NCBI GenBank assembly: GCA_964447525.1
Contig: CAYUSU010000001.1
Coordinates: 26,012-90,011, forward strand
Direction: 5' to 3'
Source of the DNA: an uncultured archaeon
Lineage (GTDB): Archaea; Aenigmatarchaeota; Aenigmatarchaeia; QMZP01; QMZT01
Length of the DNA stretch: 64,000 nucleotides
The number at the start of each line of letters is the position of its first letter. The stretch's first letter is position 1. The notes under the pieces are model-generated. The model saw only the letters and a program-made list of their open reading frames with translations. It did not search any database and was not told where the DNA came from. A program made the position numbers and the translations under genes. Of this stretch, positions 26,916 to 36,046 are shown piece after piece.

Positions 26916-26961
26916 TTGGTATATAAACCTTATTTAAAGCTTTTGTTTTCCAAAAAACAGT

Positions 26962-27918
26962 TTATATCGGCTTGAAACCTGCAAACATGGTTGAAATCAT
27001 TATCCTTGCTCCGAAGAATATAATAAGGGCGACAACCATAAAAATTGGAAAATATTTTATCCCTTCTTTTTCTTCCCCATTGCTGATGAGTCCGATTATT
27101 ATTCCGGAGAAGAATGTGGTGATCAGAATCGCGACCACGGAAAACACCAAAAGGAAATCCGGGGAAATCGATGCACCGAATTGGAAGAACGGCATGTTTG
27201 ACGGCATGGATTCCGGGATGGTTCCTGTTGCTCCTATGGTTGAAAGTGTTGTTATCAGGTATATTGAAAGTGCATACAGGACGGGTGCTCCCATAACCCC
27301 GGCGAAAACAATGAATATTCCATACATCATTATGTTAGCCTTCACTTCTTTCTGTATGGCTTGTTTCCTTCGTATGTCAATCGCATTCTCTTCCAGTAGG
27401 GCCACCAACTGACCTCCAGCTTCCGCCCCTTCTGCTATAAGTCTTAATGATTTTTCCAGCAGATGTGATTTTATGAATTTCGGTATTTTAGACATACTCT
27501 CCGAGAGCGTCTTGCCGGTCATTATATCTTTTCCGCATTTTTTTATCGCATCTGAAAGCGGTCCAAATTCAGATCTTGCACTCAATATAAGCGCCTTGCT
27601 GGGTATGAATCCGGACTTTATGTTAGCGGCCATCAGTTCCAGTGCGTCCGGTAGTATGCTTTCAACGAATTTCTTTCGTTTGTCTATGGCAAGAATCAAC
27701 CATGCGTTCATAAACAGAAAAACAGCCACAAAAACTCCAATCAGTATTATTATGAAATATGGTTGAACGAAGAATGCTATCGCAAAAGCCATGATCAGGC
27801 TGATGATGATTGATTTGTTTATGTATTTTCCGGCAGTCGTTTCCATTCCTGACATCAGTATCATTTCTGCGATTTTGTTCCTGTATTTCTTCGGGAAAAA
27901 TTTATACAACATGATCAA
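26962..27918 (-). CDS. Type IV pilus platform protein (T2SS-F/TadC/ArlJ-like)
   Basis: LPDALELMAANIKSG...EFGPLSDAI...GAEAGGQL; multiple TM. Confidence 0.88.
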   Translation of the reverse strand: MIMLYKFFPKKYRNKIAEMILMSGMETTAGKYINKSIIISLIMAFAIAFFVQPYFIIILIGVFVAVFLFMNAWLILAIDKRKKFVESILPDALELMAANIKSGFIPSKALILSARSEFGPLSDAIKKCGKDIMTGKTLSESMSKIPKFIKSHLLEKSLRLIAEGAEAGGQLVALLEENAIDIRRKQAIQKEVKANIMMYGIFIVFAGVMGAPVLYALSIYLITTLSTIGATGTIPESMPSNMPFFQFGASISPDFLLVFSVVAILITTFFSGIIIGLISNGEEKEGIKYFPIFMVVALIIFFGARIMISTMFAGFKPI

Positions 27919-28811
27919 TCAATACCTACCGGTCTCCTTGATTTTATCAGTCCTATGAACATGAACTGGAAAAATATGAGAGATCCGAGTATTCCCATCA
28001 AAATCAATTCCATGTTCATTGTTATCCCACTGAATGAAGAAAGAACCAGAAGGAATGTGATCCCGAGGGTCGGGAATATCACGGCAAGCATCATATACAT
28101 AAGAGAAAGAGGGTTCAATTGGGAACCGTATTTTTTGATGGATACTCTTTGTTCAACTGCCAGTGACGCCACTATCTCCTTCATGGTCGATCCTATATCG
28201 GAACCTGATTTAAGGGAATTTATGAGTTGCCACATAACCCTGCGGAAGAACAATGAAGGGGTTTCCCTTGTCAGCTTTTCCAGAGCTTCGGCTTCCGATT
28301 TTCCGGTGTTTATCTCGTTCACAACTTTACGTATTTCGTCGGAAAGTATGCCATAATCCGTTTTCGCTATTGATACGAATGTATTGTAAAGAGGAACGCC
28401 GGATCTTACCTGTACTAGTATATGATGGAGTATGTGCGGAAGATTATTTTCTATATTCCTTATTTTCTTTCTTGATAACATCTTTGGATAGAAAAGCAGG
28501 AAGAACATGCTGGCAGTTCCTATTGCCAGCCCTGACAAAAAGGACATGACAAACGACATAATTATTTCAGCCTTGGCGATAGCGATGGTCAGGACAAACA
28601 TCATTCCGAAAATCATAGAAAAATACATAAGAAAAGCGAACAGAGCGATGGATGCCCATCTTCTCGGGCTGATCGGAATACCAGTTTGTTCCAGATCAAA
28701 TTCCATGGAAGGGAATATCTTTGAGATGTTCTCACCTAGACCTAGAAAATGCTCTGTTATTTTCATCAGCTTCGAATAGGAAATCGGAATAAATGGTATT
28801 TTATTTTTCAC
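27915..28811 (-). CDS. Type IV pilus platform protein (T2SS-F/TadC/ArlJ-like)
   Basis: LPHILHHILVQVRSGVPL...YGILSDEI...ALEKL...SGSDI; adjacent to pilins. Confidence 0.88.
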   Translation of the reverse strand: MKNKIPFIPISYSKLMKITEHFLGLGENISKIFPSMEFDLEQTGIPISPRRWASIALFAFLMYFSMIFGMMFVLTIAIAKAEIIMSFVMSFLSGLAIGTASMFFLLFYPKMLSRKKIRNIENNLPHILHHILVQVRSGVPLYNTFVSIAKTDYGILSDEIRKVVNEINTGKSEAEALEKLTRETPSLFFRRVMWQLINSLKSGSDIGSTMKEIVASLAVEQRVSIKKYGSQLNPLSLMYMMLAVIFPTLGITFLLVLSSFSGITMNMELILMGILGSLIFFQFMFIGLIKSRRPVGID

Positions 28812-28851
28812 AATCTATAATTGTTTTTCTCTCGATATAAATAATTCGAGC

Positions 28852-29463
28852 CTATCCGAATTCAAGATGTAACATTCCTTTTGAAAAGGATTGCCCGATT
28901 ATCCTGGATTTTGGAGGTTTTGTTAGTATCTTGAAATATGCTTTGTTACCGGTTATGGCCTTGACTTCTATGCTATTTTCGAGAGAATTTATCTGAATAT
29001 CTTTCTCATCCTTCACTTCGGGGAGTTTGATTTCAACCAATATTTTATCCCCGATCCTTTTCACATCAGTTTTTGGTTCTTCTGTTACCCTTGCCACACC
29101 AAATGTTGCTGTTTCAGGTTTGGAGTTTTTTTTGGCCTTTGGTTTGAAGCCCATTCTCTCTATTTCGTGTTCTATATCTTTTTTATCCACGTTCCCGAAC
29201 GTTTTCACGGAAACCCTTGGTTTCTGGTCGGCGCTTTGTGTTATCTTTATGGAAAAACCGTTCCCCATTGGTGTCTTTTTGAAGAACGGTGAAATATCAA
29301 AAACCTCGAAATTCTTTTCGAACAGTTTGTTAAGATGGTTCATTTCCCCTTCCACCCTCTCGAATACGTCCGAAAACACGTCTTTCCTTTCAAACCTTAC
29401 TCCGCATTTCGGACAGAAATCCCATTCGTCATTTACTTGACTACCGCAATTACCGCATTTCAT
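28852..29463 (-). CDS. Zinc-ribbon + Hsp20/alpha-crystallin-like domain protein
   Basis: CGNCG...WDFCPKCG; C-terminal EPKTDV..VEIKLPEVKDEKDI..SIEVKA..FSKGMLHLEF. Confidence 0.75.
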   Translation of the reverse strand: MKCGNCGSQVNDEWDFCPKCGVRFERKDVFSDVFERVEGEMNHLNKLFEKNFEVFDISPFFKKTPMGNGFSIKITQSADQKPRVSVKTFGNVDKKDIEHEIERMGFKPKAKKNSKPETATFGVARVTEEPKTDVKRIGDKILVEIKLPEVKDEKDIQINSLENSIEVKAITGNKAYFKILTKPPKSRIIGQSFSKGMLHLEFG

Positions 29464-29496
29464 AATTATCAATTAAAACATAGTTGATTTAAAAAA

Positions 29497-29982
29497 TTAT
29501 TTTATGATGTCTGCTGTCGCTGCGCCTATCGAAGCGAAGAACGATATGAATATGAATATCTTGAACGTCCAGAAAAGGTCATTAACGAATGACATAACCC
29601 CGAATAACCATAAGATGAAGATACTGACAGAATACGAGATAATGAAAAGGGACACGAGACGTTTCGGGACGTACATTCTTCCTACTATATGCGTATCAAT
29701 ATCTCCGCCTATGCTTTCTTTTGCGACTCGCTGGAATTTTGTATAGTAAATAATTATTGTTGCAATGACAACGCTGAGAATCACGAAAACTAACATCCTA
29801 GTAAAACCCAGGTTTTGAGCGAGTTTCCATACCTCTTCTGTTACACTGAGTGGTGCAGAAAAAAGAACAGCCCCGAATATCTGCTGCGCTACGTCGTCCA
29901 AACCGAACTTTTCAGGTTTTATTTTATTAGCTAAAGAAGATATTTTCGATTTCCCGTTTTCCCTCAGTAACGCCACAACCAT
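29497..29982 (-). CDS. Integral membrane protein (DUF2391-like)
   Basis: DVAQQIFGAVLFSAPLSVTEEVWKLA; C-terminal ASIGAATADII. Confidence 0.75.
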   Translation of the reverse strand: MVVALLRENGKSKISSLANKIKPEKFGLDDVAQQIFGAVLFSAPLSVTEEVWKLAQNLGFTRMLVFVILSVVIATIIIYYTKFQRVAKESIGGDIDTHIVGRMYVPKRLVSLFIISYSVSIFILWLFGVMSFVNDLFWTFKIFIFISFFASIGAATADIIK

Positions 29983-30119
29983 ACAATTCCCTCGGTGGCG
30001 GTTCGTTATCGTCTTCGCCCATTTTTAATCAGTCTCGTTTTAATTACCAAGATTATTATGATAGAAAACGTATATATATAATCAATTGAAAGGAAAATAA
30101 GGAAAAAAATAGTGATTTT

Positions 30120-30584
30120 ATGTTCGGTCTGGAAAAAAAGAAGAAGAATGTTGCGTTGTTCGTTGACGGTCCTAATATGATAAGAAAGGAATTCAACATA
30201 GACCTTCACGAATTGCGTGCTGTCGCGGAAAAATACGGCAGAATAATATACGGGAAGGTATACCTTAACCAGTATGCTTCGGAAAAACTGATTGAGGCAA
30301 TCGCCAATCAGGGTTTCGAACCGAAGGTCGTCCTCGCAGGAGAGATTGAATCGGACGTTGACGTTAGCGTGGCTGTCGAGATCGTTCAGGCATCATACGA
30401 CAGCAAAGTGGATGTGATAGCGCTTGTTTCAAGGGACGCTGATTTTCTCCCCGCTCTCCAGATAGCGAAAAAGATGGGCAAGTATGTTATTGTGATCGGA
30501 GCGGAAAGCGGTTTTTCGAAAGCGCTCCAGCACATGGCGGATAACGTGGAAATTCTTGTGAAGAAAACGATGAAGAGAAGATAA
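30120..30584 (+). CDS. NYN domain protein (TIGR00288-like)
   Basis: LFVDGPNMIRKEF, DVDVSVAVE, VSRDADFLP, GFSKALQHMAD. Confidence 0.9.
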   Translation: MFGLEKKKKNVALFVDGPNMIRKEFNIDLHELRAVAEKYGRIIYGKVYLNQYASEKLIEAIANQGFEPKVVLAGEIESDVDVSVAVEIVQASYDSKVDVIALVSRDADFLPALQIAKKMGKYVIVIGAESGFSKALQHMADNVEILVKKTMKRR

Positions 30585-30585
30585 G

Positions 30586-31491
30586 CTATATGCACGTTGC
30601 CATTCTGCTTTTTAATCCGACAACTAAATACGCCCCTATCAATATGAGCGCGGAACCAATTATCTGTATCAAGGGAACGGGTTCGTAAAGCCATACGTTT
30701 CCCAACGCCAGCGATATGACCGGAGCGATCAGAAGGACAAGTGTTGCCTTCGAGATGTTTATGTAACGTATTGCCGCATACCAAAAAAGAACGAATGCGA
30801 AAAGGAACCCTGTGGACATGAAAATGTTCATGACCTGCTGGCCGGTTAATGACAATATTATTCCCATTTTTCCTGTTAACAAAATCACTCCGAACAATAT
30901 CAGTCCGCCGAAGAACATCCTTGAGAACGAAACAACGAAGTTCGTATCGCCTTTGATCATTGCCTTCTTCGCTATTACGTTTTCTAGTGCCCATAATATT
31001 GTTGCTCCGATTATCATAATATCACCGAGCTGAGGGTTCATCCATAGCTCGGCAGGGTTTATTGTTGCTGAAAAAAGGACGACGGTTCCGACGAGCATTA
31101 TTATCATTGCATATATCTGCTTTCTGGGGATTTTCTCCTTCAGAAAAATGAATGCGAATACCGCCGCGTAAAGTGGGAGGGTCTTATGAAGGAACGCTCC
31201 TCTTCCCCCAGTGGTTAGCTGTAATCCGCTGAAGAACAAAAGGAAAGCGAATGATCCTCCTATTATGGCGATCAGCGCCAGATATTTCCAGTTTGTTTTT
31301 ATCCTTTCTTTTCGGAATCCGCCAGTTGCTAAAGAAATGACAAGAAATATCACACCGATTATAACGGCTCTGACGGCCGTGAACACGGTCGGATCTATAC
31401 CCACCACGAAAATTTTGTTGACTGGTATCGATACCCCCGAGACTATCGCGGTCAGCAATGCAAATATAGTACCGATCCATTCCCTTTTCAT
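30586..31491 (-). CDS. DMT/EamA family transporter
   Basis: 10 TM in two EamA repeats, FLKEK motif; start at 31491 by ATGA overlap. Confidence 0.9.
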   Translation of the reverse strand: MKREWIGTIFALLTAIVSGVSIPVNKIFVVGIDPTVFTAVRAVIIGVIFLVISLATGGFRKERIKTNWKYLALIAIIGGSFAFLLFFSGLQLTTGGRGAFLHKTLPLYAAVFAFIFLKEKIPRKQIYAMIIMLVGTVVLFSATINPAELWMNPQLGDIMIIGATILWALENVIAKKAMIKGDTNFVVSFSRMFFGGLILFGVILLTGKMGIILSLTGQQVMNIFMSTGFLFAFVLFWYAAIRYINISKATLVLLIAPVISLALGNVWLYEPVPLIQIIGSALILIGAYLVVGLKSRMATCI

Positions 31492-31988
31492 TTTCTCTCT
31501 CTCATCAGTTTTTTGACTTCTTCCTTGGGGAGTTTTTCGCATATATGATCATAATGCATGCTCACCCAGTCATTCCTTTTCAGTTCAGGCTCGAAATTTT
31601 TATCTATCACCCTTTTTCCCAGAGGAGTGTTGAGAACAACTGTTTTCCCGGCTTCCATAACCCTTCCCGGTTTGACCATACACTCTTTCAGGTCGATATC
31701 CTTGAAAAATAAACTTCTCCATTTGATCGCCTTTTCGTGCTCATGAAGAAAATATTTTCTTATCACGTCATCGTCTATCCTTTCCTTTCCCATGTTCTTT
31801 GCTAGGATGGAACACATTTTTCCGGCGACTGGGAATAATCTTCCTACTGGGAGACCTATGTCTCTTTTCATCTCTATTTTGTCCCTGAGTTTTTTCAGCA
31901 TTTCTTCCCGAAGGTCACCTCTTCTTACCAGAACCTCCCCGCAAGGTATTGCATAACGGAGGAACAATTCTTTGTTTTCTATTTCCAT
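31488..31988 (-). CDS. HypC-associated protein (DUF6390-like) with C-terminal HypC-like barrel
   Basis: LFLRYAIPCG N-terminus; C-terminal CMVKPGRV...LKRNDWVSMHYDHICEKL resembles HypC; overlaps hypC. Confidence 0.55.
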   Translation of the reverse strand: MEIENKELFLRYAIPCGEVLVRRGDLREEMLKKLRDKIEMKRDIGLPVGRLFPVAGKMCSILAKNMGKERIDDDVIRKYFLHEHEKAIKWRSLFFKDIDLKECMVKPGRVMEAGKTVVLNTPLGKRVIDKNFEPELKRNDWVSMHYDHICEKLPKEEVKKLMRERK

Positions 31989-32191
31989 AGTTCTTTCATC
32001 TCCTCCATCATCACTTCGAATCCCCTCTTGGTGATTTTCTTAATTATTATATCGTTGAACACGAGAACATGATCCCCCTTCACGATGGAATCCTCCATTC
32101 CGTGAATCACGTTCCTTTCCTTCCCGAAGATTTCAGCTGTTATTTCTTTTCCCTCGGTTTTCACTATCTTTCCTGGCAGAGCAAAACACAT
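31979..32191 (-). CDS. hypC: Hydrogenase maturation chaperone HypC
   Basis: MCFALPGKIV...IVKGDHVLV. Confidence 0.85.
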   Translation of the reverse strand: MCFALPGKIVKTEGKEITAEIFGKERNVIHGMEDSIVKGDHVLVFNDIIIKKITKRGFEVMMEEMKELWK

Positions 32192-32224
32192 AATATACCT
32201 TATTGATTTTATGGGTAATAAACT

Positions 32225-33148
32225 TTACATCTTACCCAATAAAAATAGCATCACTGCCATCTGGGACCACATGCGGTTCTCCGCCTGGTCGAAAATTATC
32301 GAGTTTTTATGATCTATCGCGTCCCTTGTGATTTCATATCCGACATGACATGGCATGCAGTGCATTATCTTCCCGTTGCATCCGTATTTTTCGAGAAGTG
32401 CCTTGTTTAGTTGGTATGGTGCTAACGCCTTTAGACGCCGTTCCTTTTCCTTCTTGAAACCGGGATCATTGATCAGTTCCATGTCAACCCACGTATCCGT
32501 GTGAACGAAATCCGCATTTTTCAATAAGTTCAAATCCTTGGTTTCCTCGTAAAGATCGGTTTCCCTCGCTTTTTGTATCAATTCTTCGTCAACAGACAGC
32601 GGATGTTTTTCGGCAACAATCATTGAAATTTTTGCTCCCAGTTTCGTGCAGACGTTGATCAGGGAATTGCTGACATTATTGCCTATTCCCATCCACACGA
32701 CATTTTTCCCTTCCAGCGAACCGCAGTTTTCGATCATTGTCATCGCATCACCTATGCCCTGAACGGGATGGTATTTTTCACAACATCCGTTTATCAGCGG
32801 GACTTTTATGTTTTTTGCCATTTCTAAAAGTGTGGAATGCTTCATTACCCTGGCCATCATGATATCCGCGTAACGTTCTATCGCCCTGATCTCATCTTTC
32901 AGCTCTGATATGCTTATCTGGGTCGTGCGTTTGTCAAGAAATATTCCATGTCCTCCCAGTTTTGTCATTCCTGCCTCAAAACTCAGACGGGTTCTTGTGG
33001 ATGTCTTCTCAAAATACATTACCAATGTTTTGTCTTTCAGTGCTTCCGAATAATTACCCGGATTTTTCTTTATCTCTATCGCTTTTTTTATTATACCTTT
33101 CAACTCTTCCGTTCGAATGTCTTTCAGATTCAGAAGATGCCTTACCAT
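32225..33148 (-). CDS. argF: Ornithine carbamoyltransferase
   Basis: FEKTSTRTRLSFE, HPVQ, NNVSNS, TDTWVDM, HCMP, DQAENRM. Confidence 0.9.
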   Translation of the reverse strand: MVRHLLNLKDIRTEELKGIIKKAIEIKKNPGNYSEALKDKTLVMYFEKTSTRTRLSFEAGMTKLGGHGIFLDKRTTQISISELKDEIRAIERYADIMMARVMKHSTLLEMAKNIKVPLINGCCEKYHPVQGIGDAMTMIENCGSLEGKNVVWMGIGNNVSNSLINVCTKLGAKISMIVAEKHPLSVDEELIQKARETDLYEETKDLNLLKNADFVHTDTWVDMELINDPGFKKEKERRLKALAPYQLNKALLEKYGCNGKIMHCMPCHVGYEITRDAIDHKNSIIFDQAENRMWSQMAVMLFLLGKM

Positions 33149-33195
33149 GGAACCACCTAATTAAAATATTGTACCCATTCCTTAATTATTTAAAA

Positions 33196-34485
33196 TTAAC
33201 TTTTCCTTGAGAACTCGTAAAGATTTCTGAATGCCTTGACCGCATTTTTTACCGATGAAAATACGGGAATATCCATTAGCACATGCTTCACCCTTTCATG
33301 ATCTTCCGCTCCGGGGGCGCATAATATTACTGGCTTGACAAACTTCGTTGTTTTTAGGAAACGAAGATCCCTTTCCTTTAACATACACGACTTGAGTTGG
33401 GTAACCATGATCACACCATCGATGTTTTTATCCTTCATCAGAATTTTCAGAACCCTTCCGTATCTTTCACCATCCGCGTCGGCTATTATATCCAGCGGAT
33501 TTATTGGATGTAACCCACCGAACTTCCTGATTTCGGATTTGGTTTTTTCGGAAAACTCGGGCGTTTCCACACCGAAAAGATCACACCAGTCCGCCGCGAG
33601 TATCGACGATCCCCCGGTATTGGAAACTATCGCTATCCCGTTACCTTTGACTGGTTTATAATGATCAAGTGTGTTCGCATAATTGAAAAGTTCTCCGAGG
33701 CTTTTGGATTCTATTATCCCGGACTGGCGGAATGCGGCCTCGTAAACCATCGATTCAGTGGAAATCGAACCTGTATGGGAAAGGGCCCGTTGTTTTGCAC
33801 CTTCCCCGATTCCTCCCTTCATCACCAGTATCGGTTTTTTCGAATTCTTAGCGACCTTCATGAATTTGGCCGGATTTTTAATACCTTCGGCGTACATGAG
33901 TATTATTTTGGTTTCCCTGTCTTTGATTAAATATTCCATTATCTCGGTTTCATTGATGTCTATCGCGTCACCTATCCATACGAATTTAGAGATGCCGGTT
34001 CTGTTGTATGAAAAAAGATCCATGAGTGTCGCTCCTATACCTCCGCTTTGGGAAATTACGGAAATTTTCCCTTTCCTGAGATGCAAACCCTTCTCGAAGG
34101 TCGTGTCCAGTCCCTTCCCCGGTTCTATGACACCGCAGACGGAATTCGGTCCGAGTACCCTGAATTTTCTTTTATTTGAAATATCAAGGATTCTCTTTCG
34201 TTCATTAGCTGAAAATCCCCCTGAAAGAATAATAACGCATTTTCCTCTGATCGACGGGAGGGTTTCAATCACCTTTTTCGGTGGTAGCGTGATAACCACT
34301 AAATCGGCATACGGGATTCCCTTCGTGGTCGCTATGTCCACGAATGTTCTTTTCCCTTTGAACTTGGTGAGGTTTCTTTTTATTTCTCCGAACACGACAG
34401 GGTTCGTCAATACGAACTTACCGCTGAGTTTCGATGAACCTATAAGGAGCACGGATCTGGGATAGAACAAAGAATCGAGGCTCAT
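33196..34485 (-). CDS. acdA: Acetate--CoA ligase (ADP-forming) subunit alpha
   Basis: LFYPRSV, RVLGPNS, ISQSGG, phospho-His ALSHTGS, SNTGG, NPLDI. Confidence 0.88.
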   Translation of the reverse strand: MSLDSLFYPRSVLLIGSSKLSGKFVLTNPVVFGEIKRNLTKFKGKRTFVDIATTKGIPYADLVVITLPPKKVIETLPSIRGKCVIILSGGFSANERKRILDISNKRKFRVLGPNSVCGVIEPGKGLDTTFEKGLHLRKGKISVISQSGGIGATLMDLFSYNRTGISKFVWIGDAIDINETEIMEYLIKDRETKIILMYAEGIKNPAKFMKVAKNSKKPILVMKGGIGEGAKQRALSHTGSISTESMVYEAAFRQSGIIESKSLGELFNYANTLDHYKPVKGNGIAIVSNTGGSSILAADWCDLFGVETPEFSEKTKSEIRKFGGLHPINPLDIIADADGERYGRVLKILMKDKNIDGVIMVTQLKSCMLKERDLRFLKTTKFVKPVILCAPGAEDHERVKHVLMDIPVFSSVKNAVKAFRNLYEFSRKS

Positions 34486-34517
34486 AATATTTTATTTAAG
34501 CCGACGTAATTAATATT
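34486..34517. promoter_or_regulatory. 32-bp bidirectional promoter between acdA and acdB
   Basis: AATATTTTATTTAAGCCGACGTAATTAATATT; AT-rich TATA-like element at each end, ~25 nt from the opposite ATG. Confidence 0.5.
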
Positions 34518-35153
34518 ATGAGAAAATTATCACCTTCCGAATCCAAGAAGATTATGAAAAAATACGGGATACCTGTCATCAAGGAGAAGACCATAAAAGT
34601 GAATACAGTTAAACTTCCGAAAGAACTGAAATATCCTGTTGTTTTGAAAATTGATTCTCCCGACATCATACATAAAACGGAAGCTAATTGCGTTTTTACT
34701 GACATAAGGAACGACAACGAATTAGTCAAAGCATCCGAGACCATTCTGAAAAACGCGAAAAAATATGATCCCAAGGCAAAGATAAAAGGTTTCCTCATAC
34801 AGGAATATTTCAGCGGTTATGAGGTAATAGTCGGGGGAAAGATAGATGAACAGTTCGGCCCGATAGTTCTTTTCGGGGCCGGTGGAATATTTACGGAATT
34901 GCTTGAGGATACGTCCATACGAATCTGTCCGTTTGGGAGGAAAGATGCTGCGGAAATGATAGACGAAATAAAGTTTTCAAAGGTCCTTGGCGGTTTCCGA
35001 GGAGAAAAACCAGTTGACAAGGAAAAAATAATAGACATTCTTATTGGAGTCGGTAATTTAATGATCAAGGAGAAAGTTAAGGAACTTGACATAAACCCCC
35101 TCATAGTTTCGAGTGTCGGAATACGTGCGGTTGACGTTAGGATAATAAAATAA
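34518..35153 (+). CDS. acdB: Acetate--CoA ligase (ADP-forming) subunit beta (ATP-grasp)
   Basis: YPVVLKIDSPDIIHKTE, FGPIVLFGAGGIFTE, ELDINPL, AVDVRI. Confidence 0.9.
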   Translation: MRKLSPSESKKIMKKYGIPVIKEKTIKVNTVKLPKELKYPVVLKIDSPDIIHKTEANCVFTDIRNDNELVKASETILKNAKKYDPKAKIKGFLIQEYFSGYEVIVGGKIDEQFGPIVLFGAGGIFTELLEDTSIRICPFGRKDAAEMIDEIKFSKVLGGFRGEKPVDKEKIIDILIGVGNLMIKEKVKELDINPLIVSSVGIRAVDVRIIK

Positions 35154-35162
35154 GGTGATAAA

Positions 35163-35621
35163 ATAGACTGGAAGATTCACACGATTTCTTCATTCGCTGC
35201 TTATTTTGTAATAATATTATTGTTCGCTTTCTCGGTTCCGTTCGCAATCATTTCGTTTCTCGTGATGTTCTTCTTCTCGCTATTCCCTGACATAGATCAT
35301 CCGAGATCAATTATAAGAAAGTCGTCATCTGTACTGATTTTCTACTTCGCGGTGCTTATGATATTTCTTTATCTGAACGTTGGAATTTTCGAGAAGGTCA
35401 TTCTTTCGGGGATATCTGCTGTTCTGACATATTACCTATACAAGAAACTCCCTCTCCACCACAGGGGACCCAAATCCCTTCATAGATGGAGATACGCTCT
35501 GGTTCTTTCTTTCGCGTTTTCGATAATTTTCTTTTTCTTAAGCGTCGAAATAACCTTGGCGTTATTCGTTCTCTTTGGATACGGGCTCCATCTCTCTCTG
35601 GACAAGGTAAGGGAATTCTGA
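35163..35621 (+). CDS. Membrane-bound metal-dependent hydrolase (YdjM-like); probable ATA start
   Basis: (M)DWKIH, SLFPDIDHPRS, HRGPKSLH, GYGLHLSLD; first His motif lies upstream of the annotated TTG; SD GGTGA at 35154-35158. Confidence 0.75.
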   Translation: MDWKIHTISSFAAYFVIILLFAFSVPFAIISFLVMFFFSLFPDIDHPRSIIRKSSSVLIFYFAVLMIFLYLNVGIFEKVILSGISAVLTYYLYKKLPLHHRGPKSLHRWRYALVLSFAFSIIFFFLSVEITLALFVLFGYGLHLSLDKVREF

Positions 35622-35657
35622 TTTATTATTTTATACCACTGCCAACAATTATTATAC

Positions 35658-35963
35658 ATGGAAAAGCAGCAAACAATTCTCAAGAAATATGAATCTCTGG
35701 TAATGGAATGGAACACCGTGTCACTAGTATGCGCCATATCATTCGGGGCGACATTCCTTGGTCTGATCATTGGTCTGGTATACAACAGCATTTACGCGAT
35801 ATTCGTCAGCATGGTCGTTATGCTGGTTTTCGCTGCATTTGAATACAAAACCAGAAGAGCTTATGCCCGCATAAAGGAAACTCTGGAAGATGAGATGTTT
35901 GGCATGGCCGGCATAAAGAAACCGAAAGTCAGGGAGCTCATAAAGAAGGGAATGTGGTATTAA
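35658..35963 (+). CDS. Small two-TM membrane protein
   Basis: Two hydrophobic helices; ATG after an AT-rich promoter-like stretch. Confidence 0.7.
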   Translation: MEKQQTILKKYESLVMEWNTVSLVCAISFGATFLGLIIGLVYNSIYAIFVSMVVMLVFAAFEYKTRRAYARIKETLEDEMFGMAGIKKPKVRELIKKGMWY

Positions 35964-35971
35964 AACGGAAA

Positions 35972-35991
35972 GACGCATGTTAACATGCGTC
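35972..35991. repeat. Perfect 20-bp palindrome
   Basis: GACGCATGTTAACATGCGTC. Confidence 0.85.
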
Positions 35992-36046
35992 ATGAAAAGA
36001 ATGAAGTAGTTTTTACCTGCTTCCTTCGAAAGTGTGGTGATGTTTT

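Noticed and set aside
29983..30119. tRNA-like GC patch with GGTTCG
   Set aside because: No cloverleaf or acceptor stem can be formed
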